Of a stretch of 64,000 nucleotides of DNA, positions 55,319 to 64,000 are shown in pieces. The position numbers were made by a program, and so were the translations under genes. This stretch comes from Pirellulales bacterium (GTDB lineage Bacteria; Planctomycetota; Planctomycetia; Pirellulales; UBA1268). Numbering within the stretch: the first letter of the stretch is position 1; the number at the start of each line of letters is the position of its first letter. The notes under the pieces are model-generated. The model was not told the origin of the DNA. It ran no database searches and saw only the letters and a program-made list of their open reading frames with translations. The stretch spans positions 2,027-66,026 of the forward strand of contig JBIIGJ010000005.1 of assembly GCA_044236455.1 (NCBI GenBank), given 5' to 3'.

Positions 55319-57562
55319 TCATTCCGGTGTCCAGATCGACTTCTTCTCTCCCGCGGGCCCAGCCTGCGCGCCGCCGGGTGTCCAGATGCGTCCCGAATCG
55401 GAAGCCGCAGGCTGGCCGCCTCCGATCGGCGGTCCGGCCGGGCCGCCCGGCATCTGTCCTGCCGCCGCCGACTGGGCCGCCAACGCGGCGAGATCGACGC
55501 CGGCCTCACCCAGCACCTCGGCGAGCGCCGCAATCACCTTCTGATCGCGGGCATGCTCACGCTGCAGGTGATTGAGCAGCCGCATGATGCCGGGCTCGTC
55601 GGCTCGTGAAAGCAGCACTCGCAATTCGGCGACATCAAGCATGCCGTCGTTGGCCCCCAGTTCCTTGGCGAGCGCCCGGAGCTTGCCGATGATCTCGAGC
55701 TTCTCAAGACTCGTCGCCGCCCGATCCTCGAGCAGGCCATAGGCTTCCCAGCGATCCTGGGGTTCGGCGTCGGGACGTGCCACGATCGCCAGAGCGGCCC
55801 GCGCAGCCGCCGGATCGAAGCCGGCATCAAGCGACGTGAGAAAGAGCGCTCGCAGCTGATCGATCGGGAGACCGTCGAGCACAACGCGGTGCCAGCGGAG
55901 AGGCGGCACTTCCTCCAGTGGCTGCGCCGAACGGATCGGTGCCGGTGACGGCAGCCCCACGATTCCACGGACCGCCGTCCAGGCGGCGGACACCTCGGGC
56001 TGGCGCGACGCCGCCTCCCCTTCGCTGATCAGTGCCTCGACGCGTCTCGCCGGTTCCTTGCCGGACTCGGCCGCCGCCTGCCTGGGGGTCTTGCCAAGCA
56101 GTTCGGGGAGCGGTGTTTCGGGCCAGACCGCAAGGAAACGGTCCCAGACCGCCTGCCGCTGCCTGGCGAGGAGGCGGTCGACCACGGAAGGACCACCGGC
56201 CGCCGTGGGTTCCTTGGATAGTTCCGCCGGGTTGACGCGAAACTGCGTATTCTGCAGCCAGGCGGTGGGAGAGATGGTCGGCAGTCGCCTACCGCCGGTT
56301 TCCGCAGCGGCGGCAAACGTGCAGCCGAGCAGTTGTTCCACCACTGGCTTGGCCTCTGCCACGTCGGGCTCGAAGCCTTGCAGCACCGTCTCCGGCTCCC
56401 GATCCGTCTGCCGGCCGAAGATCATCAGCGATGCCAGCAGCCGATCCGGATGCTCCGATCCAGGCTGCGTTCCGGTCGCCGAGGGGGCGTAGACCCGCCA
56501 CACCGAATGAGGTGGAGCCGCTCCACGCGATACCCATGCCGAACGATCGAACGTCGAGACATCGAAGCGACCGTCATGGCGAAGCTTGTCTTCCAGAAGC
56601 TCGATGCCACCGCCGGTCTCGCCAGCCGCGGTCGGCAGCGTCGCGAAGATGCTCGTGATCTTCACCCCCGGCGAGCGATCCGGGTCGGCCTCGGTTTCCA
56701 TGGCGATCGCGCGGCCCGTGGCCTCGACGGCATCATCGGGCGTGCCGGACCGCAGTCGGGCAACGGCCAGCCATGCCTCTGAGGCCTCGTACGGACGGGC
56801 AAGCATCTCGCAGAGGATCGCGATATTGGTGAACAGTTCGGGGCTTTCCCCCGCGACCGCGTTCAGGCTACGGAATGCGGCGAGGGCCTTGGAAAGCCGC
56901 CAGCCAGCGGCCGCTTTGATCGCTGATTCAAATTCGAAACGGTAGGGTGAATCAGCCGGCGACGCCTCGAACGACAGCTTGGTGCGGAGCGCCGGCGGCA
57001 CGCCCGCCGAGCCGACGATCGAGGCCAGTACCTGCCGTTCCTCCTCGGTGCCGAGTGACTTGTCGATCAGCCATTCGACGATGCCCTGCGCACAGCCTGG
57101 ATGGCCCGTCTGGGCGGCGGCCTGCACGAGCGTTTGGGCCGTGCGCAGCAAATCCTGAGGCACTTCTTCACCCGCCGAATCACTGGCATTCTCGGAGGCC
57201 TTGTCACGGGCTTTGTCGAAGAGGGCCATCGCCTCCTGCATCCGCCCGACCACGGCCTCGGTCACCGCTGCCTGACCGAGCGCCACGGGGTTGTCGGGGC
57301 ACGCCTCCAGAAACGCCATGCTGCCCGCTGCGGCCTCGGCGAATTTCTTGGTGGCCAGTTGCAGCCGGGTGCGGTGAGCCATCAGGCAGGCCCGACCCGG
57401 ATACCGCTGTGACAGCTTTTCAACCTCCGCCAGCGCCGCCGCGTATTGCTGCCCCTCGGTGAGGCGTTCGAGTTGTTCCAGGTCACCCACGAGTTCGGAG
57501 CAACAGAACTTGATCTTCTTGCCGGTGCCGCCCGGGCAGGGCGAATAGGGGTCGATGGGCAT
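55319..57562 (-). CDS. hypothetical 747-aa protein with an N-terminal degenerate SEC-C-like Cys motif and a helical-repeat body
   Basis: MPIDPYSPCPGGTGKKIKFCC at the N-terminus. Lies 13 nt upstream of ribD on the same strand. Confidence 0.5.
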   Translation of the reverse strand: MPIDPYSPCPGGTGKKIKFCCSELVGDLEQLERLTEGQQYAAALAEVEKLSQRYPGRACLMAHRTRLQLATKKFAEAAAGSMAFLEACPDNPVALGQAAVTEAVVGRMQEAMALFDKARDKASENASDSAGEEVPQDLLRTAQTLVQAAAQTGHPGCAQGIVEWLIDKSLGTEEERQVLASIVGSAGVPPALRTKLSFEASPADSPYRFEFESAIKAAAGWRLSKALAAFRSLNAVAGESPELFTNIAILCEMLARPYEASEAWLAVARLRSGTPDDAVEATGRAIAMETEADPDRSPGVKITSIFATLPTAAGETGGGIELLEDKLRHDGRFDVSTFDRSAWVSRGAAPPHSVWRVYAPSATGTQPGSEHPDRLLASLMIFGRQTDREPETVLQGFEPDVAEAKPVVEQLLGCTFAAAAETGGRRLPTISPTAWLQNTQFRVNPAELSKEPTAAGGPSVVDRLLARQRQAVWDRFLAVWPETPLPELLGKTPRQAAAESGKEPARRVEALISEGEAASRQPEVSAAWTAVRGIVGLPSPAPIRSAQPLEEVPPLRWHRVVLDGLPIDQLRALFLTSLDAGFDPAAARAALAIVARPDAEPQDRWEAYGLLEDRAATSLEKLEIIGKLRALAKELGANDGMLDVAELRVLLSRADEPGIMRLLNHLQREHARDQKVIAALAEVLGEAGVDLAALAAQSAAAGQMPGGPAGPPIGGGQPAASDSGRIWTPGGAQAGPAGEKKSIWTPE

Positions 57563-57761
57563 GCTGGGGTGATCTCCGGGAAACGGGCTCTCTCGCGTGT
57601 CCGGCAATGTACCAGCAGCATCCCCTCTGGGCGAGTTGCCGCCTGCGCACCCAGCCTGCATACTTTGCCGTTCTCGCAGCCGTGGACAGGCGGTCCACGG
57701 CGCGGCGGAACGTTTCGATGGTGGTCCTCCCGTTGCCAGCCACGCCCGCCTGAGCCATCCC

Positions 57762-59141
57762 GTGCAGCAGCCCCGCATTCTGATCGTCGATTCCGAGGGC
57801 AGCAGCGGCCTGCCGTACGCCAAACTGAGTGCCCGCCTGCAGCCGTTCGAGGTGCGAGTGGAACGATCGCTCGACGCGGCGGTCGCCACACTCTCCCGCG
57901 ACTCCTGGGATCTGGGGGTCGTGATCGCCCGTTCGGGGCCGACGGCCGATGTGCTCCACGCCACGCTCAAACAGGCTGATCCCCAGTTGCCGATGGTGGT
58001 GATCGATTCGCGGCCGAACATCGGCACGGCGCGCGCCTGCCTGCAGGCAGGCGCGGGAGATTATCTCGACCTCGCCCGTGCTGAGGCCGAACTGGAGGAC
58101 TCGCTTGTGCGGCTGCTGGCCGAGGCGCGGCGGAAAGCGGCCGAAGAGGTGCTCCGCCGTGCGGTCGAGAGGCCCTATTCGTTCGATGATTTCCTGGGCG
58201 AAAGTTCGGCGATGCGGCAGGTCTATTCCATCATCGACCGGATCGCGGGCAGTTCCGTCGACGTGCTGGTGACTGGCGAGACAGGCACGGGCAAGGAACT
58301 CGTGGCCCGCGCCATCCATGCCCGCAGCCGCCGCAGTGCGGGCCCCTTCGTGCCCGTGGACTGCGGTGCGATTCCGGATGCCCTGATGGAAAGCGAACTC
58401 TTCGGCCACGAACGAGGCGCCTTCACAGGGGCCGACGCCAGGCGAATGGGGCTGGTCGAATTCGCAGATGGTGGCACGCTTTTCCTCGACGAAGTCGGTG
58501 AACTACCGCTGCCATTGCAGGCCAAGCTGCTGCGGGTGCTGCAAGAGCGGCGGGTGCGGCGGGTGGGGGCGCGGCTGGAGAACGCGGTCGATGTGCGGGT
58601 GGTCGCGGCCACCTCCAGGCACGTCGAACAGATGGTGGAGCGAGGAGAGTTTCGCCGCGACCTGCTCTACCGGATCAACGTGGTGCGGATCGACCTGCCG
58701 CCGCTCCGCACCCGCGGCGACGACATCGGCCTGCTGGCCGAGTTCTTCGCCAACCGTGCGGCGCAGGAAATGGGCCGACGGGTGAACGGTCTGTCCACCG
58801 ACGTCTACCAGGTGCTGCGGAGTTACCACTGGCCGGGGAATGTCCGCGAACTGCAGAACGTCGTCCGGCGGGCAATTGCCCTGACGCAGTCGTCCATGGC
58901 CGGCATTGATGATCTCCCCGACGAACTCGTGGCGGCAGCTGGCCGCAATCAGGACGCGGTGGGCTACTTTGCGCAGCGGGCCGAACACATGGCCAGGTTC
59001 GAAAAGCAGTATCTGAACGAGCTGCTCACGCGGAACCTCGGCGACGTGTCGGCGGCAGCCCGCGAGGCCCTGCTGCCCCGAGGCACACTCTACCGGCTCA
59101 TGAAGGCCCACGGCCTCGATGGCGCCGCATTTCGGAAGTGA
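57762..59141 (+). CDS. sigma-54-dependent transcriptional activator (NtrC family) with a degenerate receiver domain
   Basis: Walker A GETGTGKE, the GAFTGA loop, and a C-terminal Fis-type HTH (PRGTLYRLMKAHGL). A GTG start is assumed at 57762; the longest ORF starts at 57597. Confidence 0.8.
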   Translation: MQQPRILIVDSEGSSGLPYAKLSARLQPFEVRVERSLDAAVATLSRDSWDLGVVIARSGPTADVLHATLKQADPQLPMVVIDSRPNIGTARACLQAGAGDYLDLARAEAELEDSLVRLLAEARRKAAEEVLRRAVERPYSFDDFLGESSAMRQVYSIIDRIAGSSVDVLVTGETGTGKELVARAIHARSRRSAGPFVPVDCGAIPDALMESELFGHERGAFTGADARRMGLVEFADGGTLFLDEVGELPLPLQAKLLRVLQERRVRRVGARLENAVDVRVVAATSRHVEQMVERGEFRRDLLYRINVVRIDLPPLRTRGDDIGLLAEFFANRAAQEMGRRVNGLSTDVYQVLRSYHWPGNVRELQNVVRRAIALTQSSMAGIDDLPDELVAAAGRNQDAVGYFAQRAEHMARFEKQYLNELLTRNLGDVSAAAREALLPRGTLYRLMKAHGLDGAAFRK

Positions 59142-59148
59142 GCGGCCA

Positions 59149-59742
59149 GTGAAATCCCGTGCCCGAGTCAACGCACCTTCCCGGTCAGAGGTCGGCCTGT
59201 TTCGCGACGTCGTCCGGCGCTGGCCGACGATCCTGGTCGCCGGCTATGCCGTTGCCGCCTTCAGCTGGTCGATGCCGGTCAGCCTGTTTCCGCTCAAGCC
59301 CGCGATCGACCGGATCACCACCGGACCGCTGCTGTTGTTTGGCCTCTGGCAGGCGTGGGACATGTTTTCACCCGATCCCCGCGCCGAGGACATCTGCGTC
59401 GAGGTGGGGTTCACCGACCGCGACGGTACCACGGACCGGAGAATGCTCACCGATATGCTCGCGATGGGCTACTTCGATCGCTGGCAAAAGGATCGCTGGC
59501 GGAAGTATTTCAACGACTATCTGCGGATGGACGCCGAACACGCGCTGTGGCGGCCGTTCGCCGAATACGCCGTGCGGCGACTGCGGGCTGAGGGATACGA
59601 CCCCGCATCGATCGAACTGGTGCGCTGGTGGCGGCCCTGCGAACCGGTCGTCAGTCCTGACCTCCGTGCCGACGTGCGTCGCACGTCCTGGCAGAGTTAC
59701 GTCTTTCATCGGTGGATCGTGCCCCGGGAGTCGGGCCGATGA
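59149..59742 (+). CDS. small membrane-associated hypothetical protein, partner of the downstream HTTM protein
   Basis: GTG start 8 nt after the activator stop. One N-terminal TM segment. WQAWDMFSPDP motif. Its stop overlaps the next ATG (ATGA). Confidence 0.5.
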   Translation: MKSRARVNAPSRSEVGLFRDVVRRWPTILVAGYAVAAFSWSMPVSLFPLKPAIDRITTGPLLLFGLWQAWDMFSPDPRAEDICVEVGFTDRDGTTDRRMLTDMLAMGYFDRWQKDRWRKYFNDYLRMDAEHALWRPFAEYAVRRLRAEGYDPASIELVRWWRPCEPVVSPDLRADVRRTSWQSYVFHRWIVPRESGR

Positions 59743-60659
59743 AGTCGCTATCTACCATGCTCGCGCAGGCAGCCGGGTGGTTTGATCACTGGGTGCGTGA
59801 TCCGATCGATCCCCGGCCACTGGCCTGGTTTCGGTCCTGGCTCGGGCTGCTCAGCCTGGTGAATCTCTGGCTGCTCTGGCCCGACATGCCGATGTGGCTG
59901 GGCAACGACGGCGTGCTGCCACCCGAGGTGCATCGTGGCATGATCGGCGGCACCCGCCTGAATGTCTATATGGCCACTGGTTACAGCGTTGCGGCGATCG
60001 GGCTGATCCGGGGCCTTGGCCTGATCGGAGGCCTCGGACTCTGGCTGGGAATTTTTCCGCGGTTCGCCGCCTTCTGCGCCTGGCTCGCCGTGGTCAGCTA
60101 CTCATATCGCAACATGTACATACTGCACTCTGGTGACAATCTGATCCGCATCGGGGCGTTTTTTCTCATTTTTGCTCGTTCCGACGGCGCGCTGTCGCTG
60201 CCCCGCGCGATACGACGCCGGTTCTTTCCGCAGGCCGGTCCAGACGCGGACGCTCACCCCAACCCCGTGCCCGCCTGGCCGCAGCGGATCCTGCAACTCC
60301 AACTCTGCATCCTCTACTTGGCGGCGGGAATCTGGAAGGCCATGGGGCCCGCCTGGCGCAACGGCACCGCCGTCGGCATCGTGCTGCAGCTCGGCGAATT
60401 TCAGCGGTTTCCCATCCCCGACTTCTTTTTGACGCCGTTTATGTCGCAGGTGATGACCTACGCGACGCTAGCCTTCGAGCTGGGATTTCCGTTGCTTATC
60501 TGGATACCGAGGCTGCGGCTTCCAGTGCTGTTGGCAGGCCTCGCGTTTCACGCGGGGCTCGATTGGGTGATGAACGTGCAGCTGTTCCAGTGGCTGATCA
60601 CCGCGTATTACCTGCTGTGGCTCCAGCCGCGGCGGGATGCTTCGTCGGATGCGAGCTAG
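59739..60659 (+). CDS. HTTM-domain (vitamin K-dependent gamma-carboxylase-like / SdpB-like) integral membrane protein
   Basis: The N-terminus DPRPLAWFRSWLGLLSLVNLW... and the multi-TM layout are typical of HTTM domains as I recall them. Confidence 0.7.
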   Translation: MKSLSTMLAQAAGWFDHWVRDPIDPRPLAWFRSWLGLLSLVNLWLLWPDMPMWLGNDGVLPPEVHRGMIGGTRLNVYMATGYSVAAIGLIRGLGLIGGLGLWLGIFPRFAAFCAWLAVVSYSYRNMYILHSGDNLIRIGAFFLIFARSDGALSLPRAIRRRFFPQAGPDADAHPNPVPAWPQRILQLQLCILYLAAGIWKAMGPAWRNGTAVGIVLQLGEFQRFPIPDFFLTPFMSQVMTYATLAFELGFPLLIWIPRLRLPVLLAGLAFHAGLDWVMNVQLFQWLITAYYLLWLQPRRDASSDAS

Positions 60660-62077
60660 CCCTTTGACGGCTTCTTCCGCTCCCAGGTCTGGCCCTGCTT
60701 GTAGCGATCGGCCCGTTCGACTAGCTCCTCGTTTTTCGTCGTCCCCAGCACCTTGTCGAGAGCCTTCGCGAACTCGTCCTTGTTGGCGTCGCGGATATTG
60801 CGATGGTGGGCAAGTTCCACCACACTCAGGCAGGCAGACTCCGCGAGATTTGGGTCGTCGAGGTAGGGCACGACGAACCGCAACGTTTCGATCGTGCGGA
60901 TGGCGTTGGCCCGCTCCAGCACCCGGCGACGGTCCTCGTCGCGCTGGCACAGCGACATCGTCTTCTGGAGGAGTTCCAGCTTCTGCTGGTCGTTGAGCTT
61001 GTTGTCGGGGAGCGGTGCGATCCGGATGAGCGCCCCAAGGAGCTGATCGCGTTCGCCCGGATCTTGCGACGTGCCGAGCAGATCGAGCAGCCGCTGCGAC
61101 ACGGTGGCATCCGGCCACTTTGTCAATGCTGTCAGGCCGAGCTTCCGCTTGGCGGCGTTGGGATCGGCGACGAGTCCGTCGACGATGCTGATCGCGCCGT
61201 CGCCGCCGACGCGGCCCAGCACGGTCAGGAGTATTTCCTGGGCCGTGTCATCGGCCGCCCTGAACTGCGCCAGGAGCACTTCGGCTGCCCGTTCCTTGCC
61301 AACGTTTTGGGTGCAGACCGTCACCAGTGCTCGCTCCGCCTCGTCGCGTTCGCCGCCGGCGCCTGCCTTGAGCACGCCCTGCACCATGCCGGCGACCTGA
61401 TCGGGGCCACCGAATTTTCCGAGCGCCCGCATCGCCGCCGTCCGGATCGCGGCATCGTCTCCGACCGCGGCGACCGCAAAATCCGGCATGGCGGTTATGG
61501 CTCGGCGGTCGGCGAGAATGTCGATGAGCGTGGGACGGAGGCTGGTGTCCGCCTGCTTGGCGGCAGCGACGAGCAATGCGGTCGTGTCTGCACCACGGAG
61601 GACCGTGAGTGATCGCCTCGCCGCTGCTCTCTCGGGGTCGCCTGCAGCGAGGAAACGTGTCAGCGAGGAGACCTCAGGGCCGCCGCCAAGCGAGCCCACC
61701 GCCTGGACTGCCGCCGCCCGCACGGCCGGCTCCTGGGATGCGTGGAGCAATGCCATCACGGCCGGCAGGGCGGTGCGATCGCCCCGGTCGGCGAGCGCCG
61801 CGGTCAGCTCGAGTTGTCGCGACGGTGCCAGCTTGGAGAGCAACGTGGCAAACTGCTGCGTGGCGGCCTCACCTTTCAGACCATGGCGAACACGATCGAG
61901 GCCGATCGCGCGGAAGTCGGCGTCGTCCCGCGTGAGGAAATCGATCGTCATCTGGAGGGCGTCCTGCGGGGCGGGGTCGGCCCCTGCCGCTGACGGCGGC
62001 AGGCCGCCGGAGACGCAGGCAAGCGTTGCCCATGTGAGGACGCAGACGCCACGAAAGCGACCGAAAAGCAGACGCAT
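60656..62077 (-). CDS. secreted HEAT-repeat protein
   Basis: Signal peptide MRLLFGRFRGVCVLTWATLACVSG. Repeated 'A..ALG.....a.p.L..lL' HEAT-like units. Confidence 0.6.
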   Translation of the reverse strand: MRLLFGRFRGVCVLTWATLACVSGGLPPSAAGADPAPQDALQMTIDFLTRDDADFRAIGLDRVRHGLKGEAATQQFATLLSKLAPSRQLELTAALADRGDRTALPAVMALLHASQEPAVRAAAVQAVGSLGGGPEVSSLTRFLAAGDPERAAARRSLTVLRGADTTALLVAAAKQADTSLRPTLIDILADRRAITAMPDFAVAAVGDDAAIRTAAMRALGKFGGPDQVAGMVQGVLKAGAGGERDEAERALVTVCTQNVGKERAAEVLLAQFRAADDTAQEILLTVLGRVGGDGAISIVDGLVADPNAAKRKLGLTALTKWPDATVSQRLLDLLGTSQDPGERDQLLGALIRIAPLPDNKLNDQQKLELLQKTMSLCQRDEDRRRVLERANAIRTIETLRFVVPYLDDPNLAESACLSVVELAHHRNIRDANKDEFAKALDKVLGTTKNEELVERADRYKQGQTWERKKPSKG

Positions 62078-62126
62078 GATCAACGCTCCAGAAGGCTTTT
62101 TGAATCGTGTGTGAAACTGACGTGGC

Positions 62127-63011
62127 TCAGGACGTCGTGGTCGTGTCGAGACAGGCGAGGATCCCCCGGGCGGCAGCCAGCTTCGCGGCCTTCGCCGCCG
62201 GCGTGGTGCCCGTCGCCGCGGCATCGGCGAGCGACTTGTAGATCGCCATCGCTTCGGGCCGTTTGCCCTGCCGCAGCAGCGTCTCGGCACAGGCCAGGCG
62301 GGCATCGACGATCGCCGCCGCAGCTGCCTTGTCGGTAACGCCACCGGCATTGGCCAGGGCCTGCACCGCCTCATGGGAGTGAATCCTGCCGAGTGCGTCG
62401 GCTGCGGCGACTGCCGTGCGGGAGTCAGCCGCGAGCAGGGCCGCGAGCAGGGGCACGGCGGCGGCGTCGCCACGGCCTGCCAGGGACGAGATCATGCCGA
62501 TCTTGAGATCACCCTGCACGGTGCTGAACGCCTTTCGCAACGCGTCGGCGGCCTCGGGGGCCGGGATTCGCTCAAGCGCATACCGCGCCATGTGCGAATG
62601 CTCCTTCTCCGGCAGCAGGGCTGCCAGGCTTGGCACGGATGCGGCGGTGCCGATCATCGACAGCTTGCGGCAGAGATATTCCTTGGCGGCGCGGGAAGTG
62701 GCCGCGCCAAGCAGGGCGGCGAGCCGCTTTTCCAAGTCGGCCCGCGCGGCCGGGTCACCATGAGAAGCGATGACGGCGGCGTCGATCGGCTGGAAGGCGG
62801 AGGTGTTGCCGCCCCAGTCAAAAACCTTCAGAACATCGAGCGGCTTGTCGAGGCTGGCGGGGTCGTAGGCCATGGTCAGGCTCGCGGAGGGGAGAAGAAC
62901 AAACAGGAGTGATAGGAGAAGGATGATGAGCGAAGGGAATGGACAGTCCTGGGCACGTTCGCTGTTCCCAGGCCAAGGTGCTTCAGAGGATCCACGGCTC
63001 GCGGCGGGCAC
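62127..63011 (-). CDS. HEAT-repeat protein (start uncertain: GTG 63011 or ATG 62873)
   Basis: HEAT-like repeats. The longer form adds a hydrophobic, signal-like stretch (SLIILLLSLLFVLLPSASL) but overlaps the upstream gene end by 29 nt. Confidence 0.55.
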   Translation of the reverse strand: MPAASRGSSEAPWPGNSERAQDCPFPSLIILLLSLLFVLLPSASLTMAYDPASLDKPLDVLKVFDWGGNTSAFQPIDAAVIASHGDPAARADLEKRLAALLGAATSRAAKEYLCRKLSMIGTAASVPSLAALLPEKEHSHMARYALERIPAPEAADALRKAFSTVQGDLKIGMISSLAGRGDAAAVPLLAALLAADSRTAVAAADALGRIHSHEAVQALANAGGVTDKAAAAAIVDARLACAETLLRQGKRPEAMAIYKSLADAAATGTTPAAKAAKLAAARGILACLDTTTTS

Positions 63012-64000
63012 GGTCGCAGAGCCGGTTGGCCTCTTCGTCGCCGATGAACTGCTGCGTCGCCACGTCCCAGTTCAAGGACCGCTGGAGCCGGTACGCGATG
63101 CCGATCATGTGCGGCGCCGTCATCGTGTTGACGGCCAGTTCGATGTCCCGGAAGGGACGCTCGCGGGTCTTCACGCATTCGATGAAGTCGCCGTAGATGC
63201 CGCCCGAGCCCTTGTAGACGGGCACCGGCTTTGCGGCGCGGGGCTGACCGTCGCCGGCGATCTGGATCGCTCCGCGGCCGCCGACCAGAGGATTCTGGGG
63301 CCGGAGTTGCTGGGGCCTGTTGTGGTGCAGTGCGACGCCATTGGGATACGTCACGCTCACGTAGACCGCCTCCTTGCCGTCGGATGAGGCGGGGTGATAG
63401 GTCACCTTCGCGGGCTGGAGTTCGCGGAGGTCGGTCGCGAAGATCGTGCCACCGAAGTGATGGGCACCCCAGTCGGTGAGGCTGCCGCCGGAATAGTCGA
63501 GGTATGACCGCCAGCTATTGCCAGTTGTGCCGAAGTTGCCGTCGCAGCGGCCGGAGTTGTAGGGCTCCCATGGGGCCGGGCCGAGCCAAAGTTCCCAGTC
63601 GATATCGGGGGGCGTCTCCTGGGCGGGCAGAAAGCAGAGCTGCGAGGGACCTCCCACGCTGATGTCGGCCGACTTGATGGCGCCGATCTCGCCGGCCCAG
63701 CAGGGATGGACAATATCCTTGTAGTCCTCCAAGACACGCTGGCTGCCGCCGGAGACGACGCGGCCGTAGCGACGGGCCGCGGCGATCATCAGCGGGCCTT
63801 CCCGGAGTGTGAGGGTTTCAGGCTTTTGGAGGTAGACGTCCTTCCCCGAGCGGCAGGCGGCGATCGTCATGATCGCGTGCCAGTGGTCGGGCGTGGCAAT
63901 GTGGACGGCATCGATATCGTCGCGGCCGATCAGTTCGCGGAAATCGTTATACGCCGCGCAGTCGCTGTTGCCATACTTTCCGTCGACGCGGCCCTTGCCA
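62983..64000 (-). CDS. Gfo/Idh/MocA-family oxidoreductase (N-terminus outside the window)
   Basis: The frame is open to the window end. ...DAVHIATPDHWHAIMTIAACRSGKDVYLQKP is the classic Gfo/Idh/MocA motif. Confidence 0.8.
   Translation of the reverse strand, partial: GKGRVDGKYGNSDCAAYNDFRELIGRDDIDAVHIATPDHWHAIMTIAACRSGKDVYLQKPETLTLREGPLMIAAARRYGRVVSGGSQRVLEDYKDIVHPCWAGEIGAIKSADISVGGPSQLCFLPAQETPPDIDWELWLGPAPWEPYNSGRCDGNFGTTGNSWRSYLDYSGGSLTDWGAHHFGGTIFATDLRELQPAKVTYHPASSDGKEAVYVSVTYPNGVALHHNRPQQLRPQNPLVGGRGAIQIAGDGQPRAAKPVPVYKGSGGIYGDFIECVKTRERPFRDIELAVNTMTAPHMIGIAYRLQRSLNWDVATQQFIGDEEANRLCDRARREPWIL

Noticed and set aside
60656-63011. The two adjacent HEAT-repeat genes as a single gene split by a frameshift (pseudogene).
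   Set aside because: The downstream gene has its own ATG followed by a good signal peptide. The two are separated by a 49-bp gap containing a stop in the upstream frame, which is consistent with tandem paralogues.

Overview
GC-rich bacterial chromosomal segment (about two-thirds G+C by eye, not computed). It is densely coded on both strands: about 48 protein genes and one tRNA-Pro(UGG). I saw no rRNA, CRISPR array, transposase, integrase or phage genes. All product calls come from reading the supplied translations for motifs I recognise; no searches were run. Most of the window is housekeeping. Recognised genes include an M16 peptidase pair, an ornithine decarboxylase plus homospermidine synthase operon, crcB, and parA-parB with two perfect parS palindromes. 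Also present are ahcY, trpF, pfk, acs, a long U32 protein, cysK, infC-rpmI-rplT-pheS-pheT, ribD, a sigma-70 factor and a sigma-54 activator. The gene content suggests a Planctomycetota-like genome, but this is inference: an H4MPT-type formyltransferase, homospermidine synthase, a PQQ propeller, HEAT/TPR/DUF11 secreted proteins and a long sigma factor. The candidates most worth follow-up are listed here. (1) A polyprenyl-phosphate-mannose synthase operon lies next to a three-gene operon of TMTC/PMT-like TPR membrane proteins, possibly a periplasmic mannosylation module. (2) A single-polypeptide ABC exporter carries an N-terminal extension with a zinc ribbon and a C-terminal DUF1854-like domain. 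(3) A pseudo-receiver sigma-54 activator sits directly upstream of a translationally coupled small membrane protein plus HTTM-domain protein pair. (4) Three tandem 87-bp units, each with a hairpin supported by a compensatory base change, occupy the hss-odc intercistronic region. (5) Several families of conserved intergenic elements occur, including a palindromic terminator-like element with a GGGACGGGAGCGA core. The many long ORFs antisense to the called genes are treated as high-GC artefacts.
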